From the NCBI GenBank assembly GCA_965220745.1, contig CBDCQT010000013.1, positions 416,001-480,000 on the forward strand: a stretch of 64,000 nt of DNA. The letters are read 5' to 3'. The notes beneath the pieces are model-generated. The model ran no database searches. It had not been told where the DNA came from and saw only the letters and a program-made list of their open reading frames with translations. Below are positions 39,387-49,901 of the stretch, one piece after another (positions within the stretch are counted from its first letter, which is position 1; every line of letters starts with the position of its first letter). Source of the stretch: Alphaproteobacteria bacterium. Its GTDB lineage: Bacteria; Pseudomonadota; Alphaproteobacteria; UBA828. A program made the position numbers and the translations under genes.

Positions 39387-39884
39387 GTGGTGTTCATGTC
39401 CGTTTCGGTCTCCAAGTCCGCGTCTGCTCAGCTTGCATTGGACCTCGCGCGCCCCTGCGTGGCCGAGGGCCGGGCGGAGGGGCTGGCCCGTGGCGTGTGC
39501 CGGCTGCTCGACGAGATGGGAATTTGCCCGCTCCTGGAAGTGCCGCTCGGCACCGGCCGGCGGGCGGACGTGCTGGGGCAGGACGGCAAGGGCCGCTTCA
39601 CCATCGTCGAGATCAAGAGCGGGCTCGCCGACTTCCGCGCCGACGCCAAGTGGCAGGACTATCGAAACCACTGCGACCGGCTCTACTTCGCGGTCGGGAA
39701 CGAGTTCCCCCTCAACGTGCTGCCGGCGGAGGTCGGTGTGATCGTGGCCGACCGCTTCGGTGCCGAGATCAAGCGCGAGGCGCCGCTTCGGCCCATGGCC
39801 CAGGGGCTGCGCCGCAAGCAAGCAATCCGCTTCGGCCGTGTCGCCGCTCACCGCCTCCGCTTCTTCCACGAGGAGCCGGGCTAA
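39387..39884 (+). CDS. mmcB: MmcB-family DNA repair protein
   Basis: GRRAD, IVEIKS..DFRAD.KW..Y...CDRLYFA. Confidence 0.88.
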   Translation: MVFMSVSVSKSASAQLALDLARPCVAEGRAEGLARGVCRLLDEMGICPLLEVPLGTGRRADVLGQDGKGRFTIVEIKSGLADFRADAKWQDYRNHCDRLYFAVGNEFPLNVLPAEVGVIVADRFGAEIKREAPLRPMAQGLRRKQAIRFGRVAAHRLRFFHEEPG

Positions 39885-39969
39885 ACGGTCGCGCCTGAGC
39901 CCGACATGGGGCACGCCACGTCCAGCGGCGACATGGCGCGGTGTATCGGACTTTGAGTTCGTACGCCGG

Positions 39970-40968
39970 TCAGGTCAGCCCCTGCTCCTTCCGACCGCGC
40001 ACGAGCTGCGAGAGGGACACGGCCAGGATCAGCGCGGCACCGTTGAACATGTTCTGCACGAACGTGTCGACGCCCAGGAAGTTGAGCCCGGTGATGCCGG
40101 TGACCAAGAAGAACACCGCGATGATCGAGCCCAGCGGGTTGAACCGTCCGGGAACGATGCTCGTCGCGCCAAGGAACGCGGCGGCAAAGGCTGGGAGCAG
40201 GAAGGTGAGGCCCGAGAGCGGGTCTGCGCCGCCCGTCGTGCCCACGTTGATGATGCCGGCAAGCGTGGCGATGACGCTGGACGCCACGAGAGCAACGCCG
40301 CGGACGCGCACCACGCTGATACCGGACAGCCGGGCGACCTCGCGTCCGCGACCCACGAACAGGAGGCGCCGGCCGATGGGCGTGAACTCGAAGACGTACC
40401 AGATGATCACGCCCAGAGCCATCGCGTAGTAGAAGGCCAGCGGAATATCGAAGAGACGATTGACGATGACCCAGTCGATCAGGCCAGGGGACACGCCGCT
40501 CAGCGTTTGCGAACTGCTGATCCACAGGATGAGCCCCTGGATGACCGACGCCGTGCCAAGGGTCACGATCAAGGAATGTATTCGGAAGAAGATAATGAAG
40601 AACGCATTGAGGAAGCCGACGATCAGCCCCATGGCCAGGCACGCCAGAACGGCCTGCCATAGCGGCAAGCCCATCTTGGCGTTCAGGACGGCGAGAATCA
40701 TCGCCGAGAAGGTCAGAACGGCGGCGACCGAAACGTCGAAGTCGCCCGCCGTAAGCGGGATTATCAGGCCCAAGGTCAGCACGACCAGCACGGCTTGGGA
40801 GCCGAATATGATGGACGAGAAGGTGGGCCATTGGAGAAAGGACGCCGGAGCCACGAAGGCGAAAACCACGATCAATGCGATCCAGGCCAGGATCAGCGCA
40901 TACTTTTCCAGCACGAGAAGCCAATCGACACCCTTCTCCTTGGCAGATACCTCGGTCCCTTCAGCCAT
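39970..40968 (-). CDS. Sugar ABC permease
   Basis: GDFDVSV, LIVTLG, LLPAFAAAFLGAT; start ATG 40968. Confidence 0.9.
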   Translation of the reverse strand: MAEGTEVSAKEKGVDWLLVLEKYALILAWIALIVVFAFVAPASFLQWPTFSSIIFGSQAVLVVLTLGLIIPLTAGDFDVSVAAVLTFSAMILAVLNAKMGLPLWQAVLACLAMGLIVGFLNAFFIIFFRIHSLIVTLGTASVIQGLILWISSSQTLSGVSPGLIDWVIVNRLFDIPLAFYYAMALGVIIWYVFEFTPIGRRLLFVGRGREVARLSGISVVRVRGVALVASSVIATLAGIINVGTTGGADPLSGLTFLLPAFAAAFLGATSIVPGRFNPLGSIIAVFFLVTGITGLNFLGVDTFVQNMFNGAALILAVSLSQLVRGRKEQGLT

Positions 40969-42592
40969 GTACCTGCTCCGTTGAGTGACCCGCCGTGCCG
41001 GCTTCTCCCTGATTGCCCAATGCCAGGCTGAGGACCGTCTGTTCGGCGATGCGGTCCTTGGTGACATCGCCGCCGACAAGCTCTCGAACCACCCGACCGC
41101 GCGCAAAAATCAGGACGCGATCGCAGATCGCCGCGAGTTGTCCGTAGTCGGTACTAGCGCAGATGACCGCCGCACCCTGCTCCGCCACGTCGCGGATTGC
41201 CTCGAAGACCTGCTGCCGGGCTCCAACGTCCACGCCCTGGGTCGGCTCGTCCAGCAGCATGAGGGACGGGCTCGTCTGCATCCACTTGGCGAGCAAGACC
41301 TTCTGCTGATTGCCGCCGGAGAGAGACTCGAGTTCCCGCTCCGGCACGTTGGGCCGCACGTCGAATTCCCTGCCCAGCTCGGACGCCCTGCGCCGCATCG
41401 CACGACGCTTCAGGCCGGTCAGGCCGTGGAATGAAGAGAGGACAGGAAGGGTGATGTTGTCGATAAGCGTCAGGTCGCCGACGCCGGCCGTCCCGAGGCG
41501 GTCGCCGGGAAGCAGCGCAATGCCTCCCTCCATCGCCCGCTGCGGCGAAATGTCATGCAGATCGTATGACTTGTCGTGGATCGTGAGCGTGCCCGACGCG
41601 GCCCGTGAGGCGCCGAACAACAGGTATGGCACCTCGTCGAAACCGGAGCCGATCAAACCGGTCAGGCCGAGAACTTCGCCGCGGTGCAAATCCACGGAAA
41701 GATCGACGACGGTGCCGCCGGTCAGGTCGCTCACGGCCACGTCGACCTCCGCCCCGCGCAGGTCGTGCGCTTTGGCCTGGAACGCCTCGATGCGGCGGCC
41801 GATGATCAACTCCACGAAGTCGGCGTACAACGCGTTTGCCGTTTCGAGGGTCCCGGCAACGCGGCCGTCACGCAGAATGGTGGCGCGGTCGGTGATTTCG
41901 AGCACCTCGTCAACGTCGTGCGAGACGAAGATGACGCTTGCACCCTCGTCGACAATGCCACGCACCAGGCCGAAGAGCTGGCTGACTCCTTCCTTCGGCA
42001 GAAACGGCGTGGGCTCGTCGAGAAAGAGGATGCCCGGCGTGTCGTGCGCCGCGCGTTCGCCGCGGATGTCGTCGAAGGCGCGAACGATCGCGAGGAGCGC
42101 GCGCTCCACCTGTGGCAGATCTTCCACCTTGGCCGACGGGTCCAGGTCGAGGTCGAAGCGCGCGAAGACCTCTCTGGCGCGTTGCCGTTCCCGCGCCCAA
42201 TTGATGTAGGCGCCCGCGCGCGTCGCAAGCTCGCTGAGCATCAGGTTTTCAAGCACGGTCAGGCTGGGCATGAGACCGAGATGCTGGTGCACGAAGGCAA
42301 GCCCCAGCCCGCGAAATTGGCCGGGCGCCAGAGGCAATGGAACGGGGCGCCCGAAGACTTGCAGGGTTGCCCCGGTGTCCGGGGCATGAAAGCCCGCGAG
42401 AATCTTGATCAGCGTCGACTTGCCCGAGCCGTTTTGGCCCAGGAGCCCGTGAACTTCGCGTGGGGCAACCGTGAAGGCGACGTCGCTGAGCGCCTTCTCG
42501 CCGCCGAATGTCTTGGAAACGTGCTCCGCAAACAGAGCGGGGGCGCTGGTGTCCGGCGCCCCCGTCCCGAGATCGGAGTGACTGCTACTCAA
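40961..42592 (-). CDS. Sugar ABC ATP-binding protein
   Basis: GQNGSGKST, LSGGNQQK, LDEPTQGVDVGA; start uncertain (TTG 42592). Confidence 0.9.
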   Translation of the reverse strand: MSSSHSDLGTGAPDTSAPALFAEHVSKTFGGEKALSDVAFTVAPREVHGLLGQNGSGKSTLIKILAGFHAPDTGATLQVFGRPVPLPLAPGQFRGLGLAFVHQHLGLMPSLTVLENLMLSELATRAGAYINWARERQRAREVFARFDLDLDPSAKVEDLPQVERALLAIVRAFDDIRGERAAHDTPGILFLDEPTPFLPKEGVSQLFGLVRGIVDEGASVIFVSHDVDEVLEITDRATILRDGRVAGTLETANALYADFVELIIGRRIEAFQAKAHDLRGAEVDVAVSDLTGGTVVDLSVDLHRGEVLGLTGLIGSGFDEVPYLLFGASRAASGTLTIHDKSYDLHDISPQRAMEGGIALLPGDRLGTAGVGDLTLIDNITLPVLSSFHGLTGLKRRAMRRRASELGREFDVRPNVPERELESLSGGNQQKVLLAKWMQTSPSLMLLDEPTQGVDVGARQQVFEAIRDVAEQGAAVICASTDYGQLAAICDRVLIFARGRVVRELVGGDVTKDRIAEQTVLSLALGNQGEAGTAGHSTEQVHG

Positions 42593-43706
42593 GGCCCCAC
42601 AGCGTGCGGAAGCCGGAGACGTGCACGTCGCCGTAACCGCGGTCGTAGTCCGCCGGGGTGCCGGCATCGTTCGCGTTGCTGCTGTCGAAAATATAGAAGG
42701 GTACGTTCAGCTCAGCCGGCTCGGCCAACCCGCACAGCGTCCGCATGTGCGAATCGAGGATGCCGCGTGCAATCCAGCCGAGCGACTCGCCGACATCCAT
42801 CTCCACCTGCCCTTGCTGGATCAGGTCGATGACGAAGGGCGTGCCGTTGAACGTCGCGATGTTGACCTGCCCCGTCTTGCCGGCCACGCGGACGGCAGGC
42901 ACGACGAACTGCGACATCGAGTCGTAGATCGGGATGAGGTAGTTGACGTCCGGGTTCGCGAGCAGCGCCGACTGGACGCTGGGCTGAATCTTGGTGGCCC
43001 ACTCGGGCACCGGTGCATTGATGTAGGCCACTTCCTGACAGTCCGGACAATTCGCCTGGAGCGTGTCGCGGATACCCTGGACGAACGGCGCCGTCGGAAC
43101 GATCTCGTCAGAACCGATGATGACGACGTTGGCCTTGCCCTCGGTCTGACTGATGGCCCAGTTCGCGAGGATCTGACCGACCTTGTAGAAGCTCAGCGGC
43201 ACGGCGCCGTCGACACTCTCGTGCGGCGTCTGGGTCAGGTCGTAGAAGTGCGATGTCTTGACGACGATACCGGCGCCCGTCGCCGCCTGGATTTGCGGCA
43301 CGATCACGCTGGGATCGACGCCGCCGAGGAGATCGATCAGGTCGAAGCCCTCGTTGATCGCGAAGTTGATGCCCTGCACCCATTGCGACGGTTGCGCCTG
43401 GTTCTCCCACTCCGTCACCTCGACGCCGGCTTCGGTTCCGGCTTCGATCATTGCCAGGGCGATGTTCTTGGTGAACGGGTTCGCGCTGGACACAGGAATG
43501 GTCAGGACGCGCTTTCCGGCTGCACAGGACTTCGCGTCGAACGCGGGTCCCGGGGCGGAAAACACCGGCTTGGCGCGGTGTTCCTCGATCATTTGACGAG
43601 CGGCGTCCAGGCCCTGAGCCTGGGCCCCACTCAGCAAAGCCGTCACCGCAACAGCGGCGACGGCGCCCACGGCAGCGGCCGTGGTCTTGGCATAGACTCG
43701 CTTCAT
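42585..43706 (-). CDS. Sugar ABC substrate-binding protein
   Basis: SD GGGAGG, signal peptide, type I periplasmic binding fold, operon context. Confidence 0.85.
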   Translation of the reverse strand: MKRVYAKTTAAAVGAVAAVAVTALLSGAQAQGLDAARQMIEEHRAKPVFSAPGPAFDAKSCAAGKRVLTIPVSSANPFTKNIALAMIEAGTEAGVEVTEWENQAQPSQWVQGINFAINEGFDLIDLLGGVDPSVIVPQIQAATGAGIVVKTSHFYDLTQTPHESVDGAVPLSFYKVGQILANWAISQTEGKANVVIIGSDEIVPTAPFVQGIRDTLQANCPDCQEVAYINAPVPEWATKIQPSVQSALLANPDVNYLIPIYDSMSQFVVPAVRVAGKTGQVNIATFNGTPFVIDLIQQGQVEMDVGESLGWIARGILDSHMRTLCGLAEPAELNVPFYIFDSSNANDAGTPADYDRGYGDVHVSGFRTLWGLE

Positions 43707-43927
43707 TTGAAGCCTCCCTTGATGCGCCCTTGATGGGTCGTTATCGGCCGGCAATGCCGACCGCTAGCCACAATCTACCACTTGCCGGAATCACGAAGCT
43801 ACCCGGACCACCGGATTTGCGACCATCGGGCCTGCTGGCGGCCCGCCTTGGGGAGAGGTTCTCGCCACGATCAGGATAAGCCGCTCGCTTCCGCGCCGCC
43901 TCGCGCCGTGGTAAAAGCCGCCCCGCC

Positions 43928-44001
43928 TGGGGCGTAGCCAAGCGGTAAGGCAACGGGTTTTGGTCCCGTGATCCCAGGTTCGAATCCTGGCGCCCCAGCC
44001 A
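43928..44001 (+). tRNA. tRNA-Gln(TTG)
   Basis: TGGGGCG acceptor stem, ACGGG-TT TTG GT-CCCGT anticodon arm, GGTTCGAATCC, CCA end. Confidence 0.96.
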
Positions 44002-44053
44002 AGCCCTGCCGCCGGCATCTGAGGAGAGGGTCGATCCCCCGCCGCGATAACCC

Positions 44054-45373
44054 ATGATCCCGCGCTACTCACGCCCGGAGATGGCCGCGGTCTGGGCACC
44101 CGAAACCAGGTTCGCCATCTGGCTGGAGATCGAGCGCCACGCGCTCGACGCGTTGGTTGCGCTCGGGCAGGCGCCGCAGGAGGCGGCAGACGCGCTCGCA
44201 CGCGCCATCGAGGAGCACGAAAACGCGCTCGTCGATCCTGCAAAGATCGAGGCGATCGAGCGCGAGACCCGGCACGACGTGATCGCCTTCCTCACCAACC
44301 TCGCGAACCACGTAGGGCCGGAGGCGCGCTTCATCCACCAGGGCCTCACGTCCTCCGACGTGCTCGACACCTGCTTCGCGGTGCAGCTCGACCGCGCCGG
44401 CGCCTTGCTGGCAGACGGCGTCGAGGCCGTGGCTGTGGCATTGGAGCACCGCGCCTTCGAGCACAAGAACACGCTCTGCGTCGGCCGCAGCCACGGCGTC
44501 CACGCCGAGCCGACGAGCTTTGGGCTCAAGCTCGCGGGCCACTACGCCGAGTTCGCCCGTGCCGGAGAGCGGCTGAAGGCGGCGCGTTGCGAAGTCGCGA
44601 CCTGCGCCATCTCCGGCCCGGTCGGCACATTCGCGAGCGTCGATCCTTCGGTCGAGGCGCACGTCGCGGCGCAGATGGGGCTCGCGCCGGAGCCGGTCTC
44701 GACCCAGGTCATCCCGCGCGATCGCCACGCCATGTATTTCGCCGTGCTCGGCGTCGTCGCCGGCGCCATCGAGCGGTTGGCGGTGGAGATCAGACATTTG
44801 CAGCGAAGCGAGGTGGGGGAGGCGGCCGAGGCCTTCGGCAAGGGCCAGAAGGGCTCGTCGGCCATGCCTCACAAGAAGAACCCGATCCTGACCGAGAACC
44901 TGACCGGCCTCGCCCGCATCGTGCGCGCGGCCGTGGTGCCGGCGCTCGAGAACATCGCGCTCTGGCACGAGCGCGACATCAGCCATTCGGCGGTGGAACG
45001 CGTGTTTGCGCCCGACGCGACCATCGCGCTGGACTTCGCGCTGATGCGGCTCGCCGGCGTCGTCGATGGTCTCGTGGTCGACGACGCGGCGATGCGGCGC
45101 AATCTGGAGAGCCGCGGCGGTCTGGTCTACAGCCAGCGCGTGCTGCTGGCGCTGATTGAGCGCGGCATGTCGCGTGAAGAAGCTTATTCTATGGTTCAGG
45201 AGACCGCGCTAACGGTTTGGGAAAGCGGTGGAAGTTTCGAGGCCGCGCTCGCGGCTGACGAGCGGGTCGCGGCCGCGCTGGATCGCGCGGAACTCGCCGC
45301 GCTCTTTGCGCCTGAGCAGTATCTAAAGCACGTCGATACCATCTTTGCCCGCGTGTTCGGGCGAACGGAGTGA
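44054..45373 (+). CDS. purB: Adenylosuccinate lyase
   Basis: MIPRYSR, GRSHGVHAEP, GSSAMPHKKNP. Confidence 0.97.
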   Translation: MIPRYSRPEMAAVWAPETRFAIWLEIERHALDALVALGQAPQEAADALARAIEEHENALVDPAKIEAIERETRHDVIAFLTNLANHVGPEARFIHQGLTSSDVLDTCFAVQLDRAGALLADGVEAVAVALEHRAFEHKNTLCVGRSHGVHAEPTSFGLKLAGHYAEFARAGERLKAARCEVATCAISGPVGTFASVDPSVEAHVAAQMGLAPEPVSTQVIPRDRHAMYFAVLGVVAGAIERLAVEIRHLQRSEVGEAAEAFGKGQKGSSAMPHKKNPILTENLTGLARIVRAAVVPALENIALWHERDISHSAVERVFAPDATIALDFALMRLAGVVDGLVVDDAAMRRNLESRGGLVYSQRVLLALIERGMSREEAYSMVQETALTVWESGGSFEAALAADERVAAALDRAELAALFAPEQYLKHVDTIFARVFGRTE

Positions 45374-45403
45374 ACGACCGACAATGGAAGGGAGTGGACG
45401 GTC

Positions 45404-46150
45404 ATGATCGAGATGCAGGACCACATCGCCGTGATCACCGGTGCCGGCAGCGGCTTCGGCGAGGCTAGCGCGTTCAGGCTCGCGCGGGAGGGGATGCCGA
45501 TCTTCTGCCAGGACATCAACGAGGAGAACGCCCAGCGCACGGCCGCCAAGATCCGAGAAGGCAACGGCCGGGCCGAGGCGATCGGCGGCGATGTCGCGAG
45601 CGAGGCCGACGTGAAGGCGATGTTCGAAGCCTGCCGCAACGCCTTCGGCGACTGCACGCTGCTCTTCGCCAATGCCGGTTACGCCCAGCTGTCGCCGTTC
45701 GTGGAGATGAAAACGGAGGACTTCGACCGCATGGTGGCGGTGCTGCTGCGCGGCGTCTTCCTCTGTGATCGCGAGGCGCTCGGCCCGATGCTGGAGAAGG
45801 GCGAGGGCGTGATCATCAACACCGCCTCTCAGCTCGGTCACAAGGGTGCCAACGAGATGGCCCATTATGCGGCGGCGAAGGCCGGCGTGATCGGGCTCAC
45901 GAAGTCGCTGGCGCTTGAAGTCTCCAGCCGCGGCGTGCGGGTCAACGCCATCGGCCCCGGCCCCTGCAACACCCCGATCCTCAACGACATCTCCAAGGAG
46001 TGGCAGCAGGCAAAGGCCGCCGAGTTGCCGCTCGGGCGCTTCGGCGAGGCGTGGGAGATCGCCGAGACCGTGGCCTTCCTCGCCGGCCCCGGCGGCGCCA
46101 TCTACGTGGGCCAGACCCTCGGGCCCAACTCCGGCGACGTGATGCTGTGA
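45404..46150 (+). CDS. SDR oxidoreductase (FabG-like)
   Basis: TGAGSGFG, YAAAK, PLGRFG. Confidence 0.9.
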   Translation: MIEMQDHIAVITGAGSGFGEASAFRLAREGMPIFCQDINEENAQRTAAKIREGNGRAEAIGGDVASEADVKAMFEACRNAFGDCTLLFANAGYAQLSPFVEMKTEDFDRMVAVLLRGVFLCDREALGPMLEKGEGVIINTASQLGHKGANEMAHYAAAKAGVIGLTKSLALEVSSRGVRVNAIGPGPCNTPILNDISKEWQQAKAAELPLGRFGEAWEIAETVAFLAGPGGAIYVGQTLGPNSGDVML

Positions 46151-46166
46151 GTGCGGCGCTCCCGCT

Positions 46167-46340
46167 TTACGCGCCGTCGCTGTCCCGATCCGGCGGCGGC
46201 GCGGCGGCCTTTCGTTCGCTCTTCTGGCGCTTGCGCCGGCGCAGGTTCTCCCGCAGAGCGGCGGCCAAGCGGGCTTCGCGCTCGGGCCGCTTGCCTGTAC
46301 CGGGAGCGGCCGGCTCCCGCTTGCGTCGATCTGACATCAT
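46167..46340 (-). CDS. Small basic hypothetical protein
   Basis: RLAAALRENLRRRK motif recalled from small alphaproteobacterial proteins. Confidence 0.6.
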   Translation of the reverse strand: MMSDRRKREPAAPGTGKRPEREARLAAALRENLRRRKRQKSERKAAAPPPDRDSDGA

Positions 46341-46423
46341 GACGCTTGTCAACGTAGCACGGATGGCAGAGCCTCGCGCCGGGCGGCGGCCTGAGCCATA
46401 TCGGCGCACCGGGGAGAGAGGCG

Positions 46424-47731
46424 ATGGCTGATCCACTGGCCTTCAAGCGCGACACGCTGAGCCTGCACGCGGGCCAGAAGCCGGATCCCACGACCGGCGC
46501 GCGCGCCGTGCCGATCTACCAGACCACCTCCTACGTCTTCGACGACACCGAGCAGGCGGCCTCGCTCTTCAATCTCGAACGCGCCGGCCACATCTACACG
46601 CGCATCTCGAACCCGACGGTCGCGGTGCTGGAGGAGCGGATCGCTGCGCTGGAAGGGGGTGTCGGCGCCGTCTGCACGGCGAGCGGGCAGGCGGGGCTCC
46701 ATCTTGCGGTCGCGACCCTGATGGATGCCGGCGGGCACATCGTCTCGTCCGCGTCGATCTACGGCGGCAGCCATAACCTCTTCACCCACACCCTGCCGCG
46801 CTTCGGGATCGAGACGACCTTCGTCCATCCCCGCGACACCGAGGGGTTCCGCACGGCGATCCGGGCGGAGACGCGGCTCGTCTTCGGCGAGACGCTGGGC
46901 AATCCCGGCCTGGAGATCATGGACATGCCGGCGGTCGCTGCCATCGCCCACGAGGCCGGCGTTCCCCTGATGATCGACAGCACCTTCGCCACGCCCTGCC
47001 TCTGCCGCCCGATCGATCACGGCTGCGACATCGTCATGCATTCGGCGACCAAGTTTTTGGGCGGACACGGGGTCGCCATCGGCGGCGTGATCGTCGATGC
47101 CGGAAAATTCGATTGGGAGGCTTCGGGCAAGTTCCCGACGCTCACTGAGCCTTATCTGGGCTATCACGGTATCGACTTCGCCGAGGAGTTCGGCCCGGCA
47201 GCGTTCATCGCCCGCGCCAGGGCCGAGGGCCTGCGGGATTTCGGGGCGTGCATGAGCCCCACCAACGCGTTTCACATCCTCCAGGGCGTCGAGAGCCTGC
47301 CGGTCCGCATGGCGCGCCATGTCGAGAACGCGCGCAAAATTGTGGCCTTTCTCGATGACCACGATGCGGTCTCCTGGGTGAGCTACCCGGAACTTGCGTC
47401 CCACCCCGATCACGAGCGCGCGAAGACCCTGCTGCCTCACGGCTCAGGCGCAATCTTCTGCTTCGGCGTGAAGGGCGGCCGCGAGGCGGGGCGGGCCTTC
47501 ATCGAGGCGGTGGAGCTGCTCTCGCATCTCGCCAACGTCGGCGACGCCAAGAGCCTCGTCATCCATCCCGCCAGCACCACCCATCAGCAGATGGATGCCG
47601 CGGCGCTGGAGGCCGCGGGCGTCGGCGAGGACATGGTGCGGCTCTCTATCGGGCTGGAAGACCCCGACGACCTGATCGCTGATCTCGAACGCGGCCTCCG
47701 CGCGGCAGCGCGGGCCGCGAAGGGCCGCTAG
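46424..47731 (+). CDS. O-acetylhomoserine aminocarboxypropyltransferase (MetY-like)
   Basis: [49 protein letters not shown]. Confidence 0.92.
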   Translation: MADPLAFKRDTLSLHAGQKPDPTTGARAVPIYQTTSYVFDDTEQAASLFNLERAGHIYTRISNPTVAVLEERIAALEGGVGAVCTASGQAGLHLAVATLMDAGGHIVSSASIYGGSHNLFTHTLPRFGIETTFVHPRDTEGFRTAIRAETRLVFGETLGNPGLEIMDMPAVAAIAHEAGVPLMIDSTFATPCLCRPIDHGCDIVMHSATKFLGGHGVAIGGVIVDAGKFDWEASGKFPTLTEPYLGYHGIDFAEEFGPAAFIARARAEGLRDFGACMSPTNAFHILQGVESLPVRMARHVENARKIVAFLDDHDAVSWVSYPELASHPDHERAKTLLPHGSGAIFCFGVKGGREAGRAFIEAVELLSHLANVGDAKSLVIHPASTTHQQMDAAALEAAGVGEDMVRLSIGLEDPDDLIADLERGLRAAARAAKGR

Positions 47732-47733
47732 CC

Positions 47734-48528
47734 GTGGATATCAAAGTAAACGGGGCGCTGGCCTTCGCCGCCACCGGCGGCCGGGCGTTCGATCCCAGCC
47801 TGCCGGTGACGATATTCGTGCACGGCGCCGCCTTCGATCACACGGTCTGGAAGCTGCAGGCGCGCTACTTTGCCTGGAACGGCGGCAGCGTGCTGGCGGT
47901 CGACCTGCCCGGCCACGGCCGCTCGGAAGGACCGCCGTGCCCCACCATTCCGGCGATGGCGGACTGGCTCGTCTCGCTCATGGATGCGGCGGAGGTCGGC
48001 GAGGCCAACCTCGTTGGGCACAGCATGGGCGCGCTGGTCGCAATGGACGCTGCGGCGCGCCACGGCACACGCGTCCGCAAGCTCGCGCTGCTCGGTGCAG
48101 CGCCTGCGATTCCGGTCAACGACCTCCTGCTCAGCCTCTCGACCGAGGACGATCACCACGCGCTTGAGCTGCTCACCGGCTGGGGCTACGGGCGGCGCGC
48201 GCACTACGGCGTCCACAAGATGCCGGGAATCTGGATGACCGGCGGCGGGTTGCGAACCCTCGAGCGCGCCGCGCCCGGCGTGTTGCACAACGATCTGGTC
48301 GCGACCAATGCCTACGAGGGCGGCGAGGCGGCCGCCGCGGCGGTCGCCTGCCCAACACTGGTGGTGATCGGTGCGCGCGATCTGATGACGCCGGCGAAGC
48401 GCGGCCATGCGCTCGCCGGGATGCTGCCCGATGCGACCACGGTGGTAATTCCGCAAGCCGGCCACATCATGCTCGACGAGGAGCCCGACGCGACCCTCGA
48501 CGCGCTCAAGGATTTTTTGGTCGATTGA
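47734..48528 (+). CDS. Alpha/beta hydrolase
   Basis: VHGA, DLPGHGRS, GHSMG, AGH. Confidence 0.9.
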   Translation: MDIKVNGALAFAATGGRAFDPSLPVTIFVHGAAFDHTVWKLQARYFAWNGGSVLAVDLPGHGRSEGPPCPTIPAMADWLVSLMDAAEVGEANLVGHSMGALVAMDAAARHGTRVRKLALLGAAPAIPVNDLLLSLSTEDDHHALELLTGWGYGRRAHYGVHKMPGIWMTGGGLRTLERAAPGVLHNDLVATNAYEGGEAAAAAVACPTLVVIGARDLMTPAKRGHALAGMLPDATTVVIPQAGHIMLDEEPDATLDALKDFLVD

Positions 48529-48558
48529 TTGCCGCCGCCCCCGACGGCAGCGTAACCG

Positions 48559-49248
48559 CTATGCCACCAGGCGGTAACCGCCGCCCTCGGTGATCAGCAG
48601 GCGGGGGTCGGATGGCTCGGCCTCGATCTTCTGCCGCAGCCGGTAGATGTGGGTTTCCAACGTGTGGGTCGCGACGTTGGCGTTGTAGCCCCACACCTCG
48701 CTCAGCAGCACGTCGCGGGCGATGACCCGGTCGCGCGCGCGATAGAGGTACTTGAGGATCGCGGCTTCCTTCTCCGTCAGGCGAATCTTGCCCTTGCCAT
48801 CGGGCCGGAGCAGGAGCTTCGACGCGGGCTTGAAGGTGAACTCGCCGATGGTGAAGGTTGCGTCCTCGCTGTGCTCGTGCTGGCGCAACTGGGCGCGGAT
48901 GCGGGCGAGCAGGGCGCCGAGGCGGAAGGGCTTGGTGACGTAGTCGTTGGCGCCGGAATCGAGGCCGAGGATGGTGTCCGCCTCGCTGTCGGCTGCGGTC
49001 AGCATGATGATCGGCACCGCGATGCCGCTGCGCCGCATGAGCTTGCAAAGCTCCCGGCCGTCCATGTCGGGCAGGCCGAGATCCAGCAGGATGAGGTCGA
49101 AGCGGCCGCTCTTGATCGCATCGAGAGCCGCGCGACCGGTCCCGGCCTCGCTCGCCGAAAACTCCTCGTACATGTGCAGCTGCTCGGCGAGGGACTGGCG
49201 CAGCGCCTGGTCGTCGTCGACGATCAGGATGTTCTTCTGGGCGCTCAC
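48559..49248 (-). CDS. OmpR-family response regulator
   Basis: ILIVDDD, LLDLGLPDMDG, DYVTKPF, HTLETHIYRLRQKIE; GTG start 49248. Confidence 0.93.
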   Translation of the reverse strand: MSAQKNILIVDDDQALRQSLAEQLHMYEEFSASEAGTGRAALDAIKSGRFDLILLDLGLPDMDGRELCKLMRRSGIAVPIIMLTAADSEADTILGLDSGANDYVTKPFRLGALLARIRAQLRQHEHSEDATFTIGEFTFKPASKLLLRPDGKGKIRLTEKEAAILKYLYRARDRVIARDVLLSEVWGYNANVATHTLETHIYRLRQKIEAEPSDPRLLITEGGGYRLVA

Positions 49249-49273
49249 GCTAGCGCCACCTCGACGGCCGGAG

Positions 49274-49349
<76 letters not shown>

Positions 49350-49444
49350 GCAATTCCGGGCACGCCGCGCGGCGGGTGGAACCCTAGGCGCTCCGCCGCT
49401 CACGACGCAAGGTGAAACAAGAATTAGGCAGGGTCCGCCGCGGG

Positions 49445-49768
49445 TCAAGACTCGGCCTGTGTCGGCTCCCTCTTGTCGATGCCTTCGACCAGACCGTCGT
49501 TGCCGTGATCGATGTCGTCGATCATGTCGTCGTCATCGTCGGTGGCCTCATCCACCGCGCCCGCCACGACATCGTCGTCATTGGCGGGCGGCGCCTGTGG
49601 TGGCGGCGGTTCCGGCTGCACCGGCGGGCGGCGCCGATTCGGCCGCGCGGTCTCGACCTCGACCACGGTGCCGCACTTGGGACATTCGATTGGTCTGCGA
49701 TGCAAGTCGTAGAACTTCGCGCCGCAGCCCATGCAGGTGTGTTTGTTACCCCACTCCCGCTTTGCCAA
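49445..49768 (-). CDS. FYDLN_acid domain protein (TIGR02300-like)
   Basis: WGNKHTCMGCGAKFYDL...CPKCG with acidic tail; divergent from aroA. Confidence 0.88.
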   Translation of the reverse strand: MAKREWGNKHTCMGCGAKFYDLHRRPIECPKCGTVVEVETARPNRRRPPVQPEPPPPQAPPANDDDVVAGAVDEATDDDDDMIDDIDHGNDGLVEGIDKREPTQAES

Positions 49769-49901
49769 GCCCATGCCTCCCATACTCTTATTTTCAATTG
49801 TGGCCGTCGCCAATGCCAGTTTGGCGCCGCCCTGTCAAAACCAAAATTTGGATCGAATTCGGACCGCTTGACGCCGCCCGGCGCTGTGCTAGAGACGGGG
49901 C

